From contig OY776510.1 of assembly GCA_963675665.1 (NCBI GenBank), forward strand, positions 2,688,001 to 2,752,000: 64,000 bases of DNA. Reading direction: 5' to 3'. Position 1 is the first letter of the stretch, and every line of letters begins with the position of its first letter. This stretch comes from Spirochaetia bacterium. GTDB taxonomy: Bacteria > Spirochaetota > Spirochaetia > UBA9216. Shown one piece after another: positions 57,033 through 64,000 of this stretch. The notes below the pieces were generated by a model. It was not told the DNA's origin. It did no database searches and worked only from the letters and a program-made list of their open reading frames with translations. Position numbers and translations under genes: made by a program.

Positions 57033-58219
57033 CTTTTTTGATGAACATGAGTCTGCAGATGATAAATTTTGCAGTGATCTTTTTTCTAAGGGACTTTGTC
57101 GGGATATCTCCATCTTCAATCGGCTGGTTTTTTGCCGCCGGCTCTGGATGTTATGCTGCCGGTTGTATCCTTCTAAGACCGGTGCAGAATAAGTTGATAC
57201 CCCCGGTATCGATGTTTATTGCTCTTGCCATGACGGTTTTTTCTCTTTTTATGATAAAAGGATCTACTACTCCCGCTTCAGTGCTTGTTTATTTTCTGAT
57301 TTTTTCAACTGCGCCCGCTTTTTTCTGGCCGCAGGTAATGGGCTGGTTTTCATACGGCCTCAGCAACAGGGAACTAAGCAAGTCGATATCCCGTTTTAAT
57401 ATCTCCTGGTCAAGCGGGGCTCTGTGCGGTCCCTTTCTCGGCGGGATCCTTGCCGAGCGAAATATAATGATGTCATTCTACATCGATATAGCTGTAATAA
57501 CAGGAATGGGTGTTCTAATACTGCTGGGACTGGTATTCCTCAAGGATATGCGAAGGTTTCCGGTACTCAGTAAACCGGCGCCGTCTGGTCCCGCCACTCA
57601 CGAGGCTGGTCTCGAACAAAAAGCTGAAAGCGCTGATGAACTTCTAAACGACGGCAAGGGCACAATCCTGAGATTCGCCGGCTGGATCGGGGTATTTTCA
57701 GCTTATATCGTGCTGGGTCTTATAAATAATATTTTCCCGTTATTCATAAGAGACACACTCGGTTTTGGAGAAAGTGTTGCCGGGAATATACTTTTTGTCA
57801 GGGGAATCCTGTCTGCCGTCGGTTTTTTTCTTCTTGGAAAGGTTGTCTTCTGGCATTTTAACAAAAGAGTTATGCTGATAACACAAACAGCTGTCGCTTC
57901 AGTAATGATTCTGTTAATTTTCATTAAGGCTGTTCCCGGTTTTTATTTGTTATTTATAATTTTCGGATTACTTTTTTCAATGTCTTATTCCAATGGTATT
58001 TTTCATGGTTCAGCCGGGACATTTGACAGGGGCAGGCGAATGGCCCTGTTTGAAGCCTTTCTGACAATCGGTGTAATACTGGGATCGGTCAGCGGGGGGT
58101 ATCTCTTTCAATACTATTCCATTCATACGGCTTTTATTTTCAGTGCGGCAGTAATTGCCGGAGGGCTGATTGTACAGATGCTGATCTTTGCTGTTGCGGC
58201 ACGGAAGGGTCTGAGATAA
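56999..58219 (+). CDS. MFS transporter
   Basis: About 12 hydrophobic segments in a 6+6 layout with a central hydrophilic loop. Confidence 0.87.
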   Translation: MMKRTIILFPAAFLMNMSLQMINFAVIFFLRDFVGISPSSIGWFFAAGSGCYAAGCILLRPVQNKLIPPVSMFIALAMTVFSLFMIKGSTTPASVLVYFLIFSTAPAFFWPQVMGWFSYGLSNRELSKSISRFNISWSSGALCGPFLGGILAERNIMMSFYIDIAVITGMGVLILLGLVFLKDMRRFPVLSKPAPSGPATHEAGLEQKAESADELLNDGKGTILRFAGWIGVFSAYIVLGLINNIFPLFIRDTLGFGESVAGNILFVRGILSAVGFFLLGKVVFWHFNKRVMLITQTAVASVMILLIFIKAVPGFYLLFIIFGLLFSMSYSNGIFHGSAGTFDRGRRMALFEAFLTIGVILGSVSGGYLFQYYSIHTAFIFSAAVIAGGLIVQMLIFAVAARKGLR

Positions 58220-58298
58220 AAAATATTTCTACAAAAAGAACATAAATCGTGTTACGATTTTATCGCTAATACGTAATATTTAAAAAGAGAGGACTGAA

Positions 58299-60191
58299 AT
58301 GAAGAGTAGAAATATTCTGAGACTTATTCCGATTATTATGGTTTTTTTATTAATTGTATCCTGTGCATCGAAACCTGCGGAAAAAAGCGATGTAGCCGTG
58401 GGTTTAACCGAAATAAATGAAATTGAGAAAGAGCCTGATAAAAGGGATGCAGAACCTGCTGAAGAAGGCGGTATAATTGATGATGCTGATTACGGCGTCA
58501 GGGAATCAGAGATAACCGCTGCTGAAAAGATGATGCCGATGATGATTGAAGAGACAGATGTCGGATTAGACGGTTCCTTCGCCATGAAAAGTGCTGTTCC
58601 GGGTACAATTGCCTCCGGTTCAGCGTCCGGAGTTCCTGGGCAATCCGGGCTCAAAGCCGGTTACGAAGATGACAATCGGCAGTACAGCTATTTCCTGAAA
58701 TTTCTTGAAGATTTCAGGGAAAATGTTACCGCCCTGGATCTTGATGTTTCGGAACGTATTACCCTGAAGTTTCTGGATGCTGAAGGCAAAACAGTTCCGG
58801 GCGCATTGGTGCGAGCGTCGGCAGGAAAGAATGTTGTCGGAGGATTTACCCTGGCCGACGGAAGTTTCCAGATAAATCCGTCCGAAATCTTCCCGTCTGA
58901 TTCGGATGAAAACCGGACTTTGAAGATAGAAATAGACGGAGGTCCGGCGATGCCCGGGTTTTCGGAGAAACTTGATATTTTACGAAACGGTGAAAGAGCC
59001 GTTGAGATTACCTCAGACAGGCTTCGTGTCATTCCCGAGCCGGTTCCTCTTGATGTCGTTTTTGTTATGGATACGACCGGCAGCATGGGAGAAGAGATCA
59101 GCCGTTTAAAGAATACCATACAGATAATACATATGAATCTGAGTACTCTGTCGGTTGCGGCCGACGTCAGGTTCGGTATGGTTCTGTACAGGGATGTAGG
59201 CGATGAATACAGAACGAGCGTAATACCGCTGACCGGTGATATTGATGAATTTCAGATTGCTCTGAATGAGGTTGAGGCTTCCGGAGGTGGCGATATGCCT
59301 GAAGATCTTGAAGCTGCGCTTGAAGATCTGGTTAAGTCCATGAAATGGAACAACAGCGGCATAAAACTGGCCTACGTTATTACCGATGCGCCTCCCCATC
59401 TTGATTACAATAGTATGTATACCTGCTCCGATGCTGTACGTGATGCCCGAAGGAAGGGGATAAAGATATATGGCATCGGTACCGGCGGACTTGATCTGCA
59501 GGGAGAATACAACCTTCGGCAGATTGCACAATATACATCCGCACGGTATATTTTCCTTACCTACGGCAGCGAAACCGGCGAATCAGAGGGAGGCGCGCCG
59601 GGCAGCGTAAGTCATCACACAGGCGCAAACTGGAGTTCGGACAAGCTTGAATCAATAATAATCAGGTTTACACGTGAAGAGCTTTCCTATCTCACTGATT
59701 CTCCTCTTCTTGATGAAGACCCCTGGTTTGAAGCCGGCATGACAGATACGGAAGAAGCCGAAGAAACCCTCGCGTCGCTTTTCAGCCAGGCTCTTGAGCA
59801 GCTGATTGATTTTTCATCCATACCCCTGAGTACGGAGAACGCTCTTGCAGTACTGCCGTTTCAGTTTGAGGGAGTAAATGCCGCTGATGCAGAATACTTT
59901 AATGAACATCTTGTCCTTGCTGCAGGCGGTAATAAAAGAATCAGGCTTGCCGAGCGAAAAGACATAGGGCAGCTGTTAAACGAGATAGAGTTTCAGAATA
60001 TCGGGGTAACTGATGATGATACAGTTGTCGAGATAGGAGAATTCCTGAATGCGGATATCCTTTTAAGCGGAAATCTGTTTATGAAAGACGGGAAATATGA
60101 GCTTTTTCTCAAACTGCTGCGGGTTGAAACTGCCGAGATTTTGTCGGTTACGCGTGCAGTAATTGACGTTAAGCTGGGTTTGCTTGAATAA
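58299..60191 (+). CDS. Lipoprotein with vWA domain and C-terminal CsgG/FlgO-like domain
   Basis: Lipobox IVSC; MIDAS 'DTTGSM', 'GGGD.PE', 'TDAPPH'; C-terminal 'LAVLPF...ER...IG..LNAD.LLSG'. Confidence 0.82.
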   Translation: MKSRNILRLIPIIMVFLLIVSCASKPAEKSDVAVGLTEINEIEKEPDKRDAEPAEEGGIIDDADYGVRESEITAAEKMMPMMIEETDVGLDGSFAMKSAVPGTIASGSASGVPGQSGLKAGYEDDNRQYSYFLKFLEDFRENVTALDLDVSERITLKFLDAEGKTVPGALVRASAGKNVVGGFTLADGSFQINPSEIFPSDSDENRTLKIEIDGGPAMPGFSEKLDILRNGERAVEITSDRLRVIPEPVPLDVVFVMDTTGSMGEEISRLKNTIQIIHMNLSTLSVAADVRFGMVLYRDVGDEYRTSVIPLTGDIDEFQIALNEVEASGGGDMPEDLEAALEDLVKSMKWNNSGIKLAYVITDAPPHLDYNSMYTCSDAVRDARRKGIKIYGIGTGGLDLQGEYNLRQIAQYTSARYIFLTYGSETGESEGGAPGSVSHHTGANWSSDKLESIIIRFTREELSYLTDSPLLDEDPWFEAGMTDTEEAEETLASLFSQALEQLIDFSSIPLSTENALAVLPFQFEGVNAADAEYFNEHLVLAAGGNKRIRLAERKDIGQLLNEIEFQNIGVTDDDTVVEIGEFLNADILLSGNLFMKDGKYELFLKLLRVETAEILSVTRAVIDVKLGLLE

Positions 60192-60281
60192 AAAACAGAC
60201 AGGATCTTCACGTTATTGTCTTTTTTTTAAAGTTAAATCTTTATATAGTATATAAGGAATAACTTGAAAAGGGATCATCAG

Positions 60282-61793
60282 ATGCAGGAATATGTTATAG
60301 GACTGGATAACGGCGGCACAATGAGTAAAGCCGCTTTATTTGATTTAAACGGAAATCAGATAAAGGTGGCTTCAAGGCAGACTCCCGTTATTACCCCCCA
60401 ACCGGGGTATACAGAAAGAGATATGGAAGCGCTCTGGCTGGGTAATTGCGATTGTATAAAGGAAGTGCTGATAAAATCCGGAATCAGCCAGGATTCTGTT
60501 ATCGGGATTGCTGTTTGCGGACATGGCAAAGGTTTATATCCCTGGGGTTACGATAACAAACCGGCATATAACGGTATTGTTTCGACTGATAACAGGGCGT
60601 GGGAATATCCTGAGAGATGGAATAAAGACGGAACGGCTGCGAAATTATATCCCCGGTTATGTCAGCAGCTTCTGGCATGTCAGCAGGTTTCGCTGCTTGC
60701 CTGGATGAAAGAGAACAACCGAAAGATTTATGACGACATCAAGTGGGTTTTTTCAGTTAAGGATTATATAAGGTTCCGGCTTACCGGCGAAGCTTACTGT
60801 GAGGCCACCGATATTTCCGGTTCAGGTTTGATGGATGTCCGGCATGCTCGTTTTGATTCGAAACTACTTGAAGAACTTGGAATTCCCGAGGTTTTCGACA
60901 AGCTTGCCCCCCTGAAATATTCATCGGATTTTTGCGGTTCCGTTACGAAAGAGTCTGCAGCCTTAACCGGATTGAAAGCAGGCACACCGGTAGCCGGGGG
61001 GATGTTTGATATCGATGCCTGCGCTATCGCAATGGATATTACCACCCCGGAACAATTGTGTTCGATTACAGGAACATGGAGCATCAATGAATTTATTTCG
61101 GAAAAACCTGTTACCGGAACAGCTATTGCCATGAATTCGCTTTTTGCCATTCCGGGTTATTATCTGATAGAAGAATGCAGCGCTACAAGCGCCGGCAACC
61201 TGGACTGGGTTTTGGGAAACTGTATTAATACCGGTGCAAAACCGGACGACGTTTCAGTTTACGAATATGCCGGAGGACTGGTTGATACTGTTTCTCCGAA
61301 GGAAACCGATGTATTTTATCTGCCTTTTTTATACGGTTCCAATGCGCACCCTCTGGCAAAAGCTTCTTTTATCGGGTTGACCATGTATCATTCCTCGGCC
61401 CATATGTTAAGAGCGGTGTTTGAGGGAGTTGCCTATTCACATAAAATGCATATAGACAAACTTCTTTCAGTGCGTGAAGCTCCGGAAGTGATCCGAATGG
61501 CCGGCGGAGCAGTCAAATCTCCGGTATGGACGCAGATCTTTGCCGATGTATTCGGAATTCCTGTTGAAACTGTTGCCGGGGTTTCCGAACTGGGAGCTTT
61601 GGGCGCCGCAATGTCGGCGGCTGTAGCCTGCGGTAAATATTCAGATTACAGGGAAGCTGCATCGGCAATGGTAAAGATTAACAAACCGGTATTTCCGGAT
61701 TCCGCCGAAACAAAAATCTATCATGAAAAATATATGAAATACAGGGAAGTTGTAAAAGCACTCGACGGAATATGGGAGAAATTCAAGGTTTAG
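60282..61793 (+). CDS. FGGY kinase, L-xylulose/3-keto-L-gulonate kinase-like
   Basis: 'GLDNGGT', 'GHGKG', 'STDNRA', 'GGMFD', 'GTWSIN'. Confidence 0.85.
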   Translation: MQEYVIGLDNGGTMSKAALFDLNGNQIKVASRQTPVITPQPGYTERDMEALWLGNCDCIKEVLIKSGISQDSVIGIAVCGHGKGLYPWGYDNKPAYNGIVSTDNRAWEYPERWNKDGTAAKLYPRLCQQLLACQQVSLLAWMKENNRKIYDDIKWVFSVKDYIRFRLTGEAYCEATDISGSGLMDVRHARFDSKLLEELGIPEVFDKLAPLKYSSDFCGSVTKESAALTGLKAGTPVAGGMFDIDACAIAMDITTPEQLCSITGTWSINEFISEKPVTGTAIAMNSLFAIPGYYLIEECSATSAGNLDWVLGNCINTGAKPDDVSVYEYAGGLVDTVSPKETDVFYLPFLYGSNAHPLAKASFIGLTMYHSSAHMLRAVFEGVAYSHKMHIDKLLSVREAPEVIRMAGGAVKSPVWTQIFADVFGIPVETVAGVSELGALGAAMSAAVACGKYSDYREAASAMVKINKPVFPDSAETKIYHEKYMKYREVVKALDGIWEKFKV

Positions 61794-61813
61794 AAAAGGC
61801 TTCGGCAGTTAAA

Positions 61814-63250
61814 CTACAGCTTTTTTACCAGTTCGCGAAACTGATCTCCGCGGTCAAATTCGTTTTTAAACATTCCGAAAGAGGCGCAACCTGGCGATAG
61901 TACAGCTGCCGGACGATCATTTGAGTCAGCTCCGGATTTCCTGCTTTTTTCACGCCTGACAGTATTCTCCACGGCGGCGGCAAGGCTGTCGAAAGGTCCG
62001 TCAAAATTGATGCTGCGGGCTTTAAACTGGTCAATAAGTTTTTCGGTTCCGCTGCCGGCAAGCAGCGATATTGAAACAGGCGGTGCCCCGGGACAGCCTG
62101 CAGCTCCTTCTGCCAGCGGCGAAAAATCAAGCTCCTTGTCTGTGCCGCCGGTTATGAGGTGCAGCGGACTGTCGAAACTCGCTATTGCGGCGGCTGCAGC
62201 CTCGGGAATGGTTGCCGCAGAATCATTGTACCAGTCAATACCTGCCGCATTTCGTACAAACTCCAGTCTGTGCGCTATTCCCGGGAAATTCGACAGGCCG
62301 CTTCGGATCTGGTCCGGATCAATGCCGAATTTAAACAGGAGCGCCGCGGCTGTAAGCATATTTACCCGGTTGTGGGCGCCTTTTACTGCAAGACTGCTGT
62401 CAAGAATCCGGGTTCTTGCCCCGTTTTCAAGCCAGAATCCGCTGCCGTCGGTTAAAAGACAGGCGCCTTCTGCGGCAGCAGGGAGCTCGTGAACCGGGCG
62501 GCTGTGAAAGTAAAATACCCTGGAGCGGGCGGATTTGGCAAACTGTGCTGAATAACCGGATTCGGCATCAAGAATAAGCACATCCTCTTTTGTCTGAGAT
62601 TCAAATATTACAGCCTTGTCGGCCGCATAGTCCTCCATTGAATGATAGCGATCCTGATGATCATGCATGATGTTTGTGATTGCGCATACCGAAGGCTTCA
62701 GCAGCCCCCGGCCGGCTATGTCGGCAAGCTGCCAGGATGATAATTCAAGGATTACAGGAGCATTGCTGTTGTTTTTTTGATCGTTGCAGAAAGTCAGAGG
62801 AGAAACTGTAATATTACCTCCGAGATCGGTTAACGGATTAAGTCCTTTGAGTACATGAAAAATTGCGGATACGGTAGTTGACTTGCCCTTGCTTCCTGTT
62901 ACTGCTATCAGTGGTCTGCTGTTATTCTGCAGAAAGATCGAAATATCAGTTTCTATCGAAGCCCCGGATTCCATGGCGGCAGAAAGATAGGGTGAGCCGG
63001 GTTTAACAGCCGGATTTTTAATAACGATATCGGCGTTCCTGAAATCGTCAATATCATGTTTTTCCAGAACAAATCGTATATCAAGATCGGAAAGCTCCTG
63101 TATTGACGATGAAAGCGTTTCGCTGCTGCGCAGATCGGTAACGGTTACCAGCGCGCCGGCTTCGGCAAAGAACCTTGCTGATGCGCTTCCTCCGCCGTGC
63201 AGGCCGAGGCCCATTATGGTGACCCTTTTATTTTGGAAACTGGTATTCAA
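61814..63250 (-). CDS. murD: UDP-MurNAc-L-Ala--D-glutamate ligase
   Basis: 'GLGLHGGG', 'TGSKGKST', 'ELSSWQL', 'HRLE', 'NDSAAT', 'SPGCASF..F.NEFDRG'. Confidence 0.94.
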   Translation of the reverse strand: MNTSFQNKRVTIMGLGLHGGGSASARFFAEAGALVTVTDLRSSETLSSSIQELSDLDIRFVLEKHDIDDFRNADIVIKNPAVKPGSPYLSAAMESGASIETDISIFLQNNSRPLIAVTGSKGKSTTVSAIFHVLKGLNPLTDLGGNITVSPLTFCNDQKNNSNAPVILELSSWQLADIAGRGLLKPSVCAITNIMHDHQDRYHSMEDYAADKAVIFESQTKEDVLILDAESGYSAQFAKSARSRVFYFHSRPVHELPAAAEGACLLTDGSGFWLENGARTRILDSSLAVKGAHNRVNMLTAAALLFKFGIDPDQIRSGLSNFPGIAHRLEFVRNAAGIDWYNDSAATIPEAAAAAIASFDSPLHLITGGTDKELDFSPLAEGAAGCPGAPPVSISLLAGSGTEKLIDQFKARSINFDGPFDSLAAAVENTVRREKSRKSGADSNDRPAAVLSPGCASFGMFKNEFDRGDQFRELVKKL

Positions 63251-63998
63251 GACTGTATTCCCTCATATCATTCTCATTGAGATAGGGTTTGATTTTAAGA
63301 GAAGTCCAGATTTTTGTCCACTCGGGTGTGAAGTTCTTTTTCAGTTTGATGTATAAAGGATGAGTTTTACTGTATTGTTCATTTTTAATCCCTTCTTCAA
63401 TTTCAGGAAGAGAAGGTTCGATAAGAGGCAGTGCCTTGTGCATATAAGAAAGAAAGTTTTTCCGACCCCTGGGAGATATATCGGCGGGAAAGAAGCAGAC
63501 TGTGTTAAAATCGCATCTGAAAGGGTAGTATGGATATATTTTATGGCCTTCAGGCAGATAAAGCGCGCTCAGCATTTTTGTTAATTCGCGATCGATCCAT
63601 TGTCCGTTGATATGATAGCCTGTTCCTGATTCCCCAACCCATGTTGAGCGGAAAAGACGCTTAATGGGAATTTGTCCTCCTGATGTCGTGATATCAGGTT
63701 TGCTGATTGGTATAAAAAGGCTTTCAAAATAAAGTTTATCGGTTTCAAATTCAGCTGTTGCATCATTTGTAGATTGTCTGATAATGCTGCTGTCAGATAT
63801 CCTGATATTAAAATCCGGGCGGAACAGGTATAGGTAATAACTCTCTTCAACCCTGAACACCTGAATAAAGCAGGGCCTTAATATTTCAGCCGGATCAAAA
63901 AAATACCTGGTGCTTAAGAAAATATCCGGAAATTCATTAATAAGAACGGCGGTAAGAGTTCTTAATGAATTCAGATACTGTTCTGATGGTTTAATGTC
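63228..63998 (-). CDS. Hypothetical protein (5' end beyond window)
   Basis: Frame remains open from 63860 to the window end; overlaps murD start. Confidence 0.75.
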   Translation of the reverse strand, partial: DIKPSEQYLNSLRTLTAVLINEFPDIFLSTRYFFDPAEILRPCFIQVFRVEESYYLYLFRPDFNIRISDSSIIRQSTNDATAEFETDKLYFESLFIPISKPDITTSGGQIPIKRLFRSTWVGESGTGYHINGQWIDRELTKMLSALYLPEGHKIYPYYPFRCDFNTVCFFPADISPRGRKNFLSYMHKALPLIEPSLPEIEEGIKNEQYSKTHPLYIKLKKNFTPEWTKIWTSLKIKPYLNENDMREYSLEYQFPK

Positions 63999-64000
63999 CT

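Noticed and set aside
1-64000. tRNA, rRNA, transposase, prophage or known defence-system genes
   Set aside because: No recognisable motifs; the MTase has no visible nuclease partner

Overview
Gene-dense chromosomal segment of an anaerobic, sugar-fermenting bacterium, most likely a free-living spirochaete (Spirochaetaceae). Support for that: 'LFAGGQSE'/'YARGNSEA' N-termini, MurE with DEDPR, and a FemABX peptidyl transferase. About 52 CDS: a sugar sensor plus ChvE/GguAB ABC transporter, PAS signalling proteins, an FNT channel, an hfs-type cluster with a sensory and a monomeric [FeFe]-hydrogenase, an Fe-ADH/FGGY/2xIclR operon, kdgK/kdgR, mtnA, hisI-hisG, dinB, ddl, murE, murD, queD, an orphan adenine MTase, mgsA, a DEAD-box helicase, hflKC and metG. 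I saw no tRNA, rRNA, CRISPR array, transposase, integrase or phage gene. The most unusual signals are non-coding. (1) Two densely structured intergenic regions flank a thioredoxin gene; one is a ~260-nt promoter-to-terminator leader of a flavodoxin gene with a possible antiterminator. (2) A uORF duplicates the first 11 codons of an MFS gene with only synonymous changes. (3) Several genes appear leaderless or driven by bidirectional promoters. (4) A repeated palindromic operator lies between the hydrogenase and Fe-ADH operons. All assignments come from reading motifs by eye; no database search or folding program was run.
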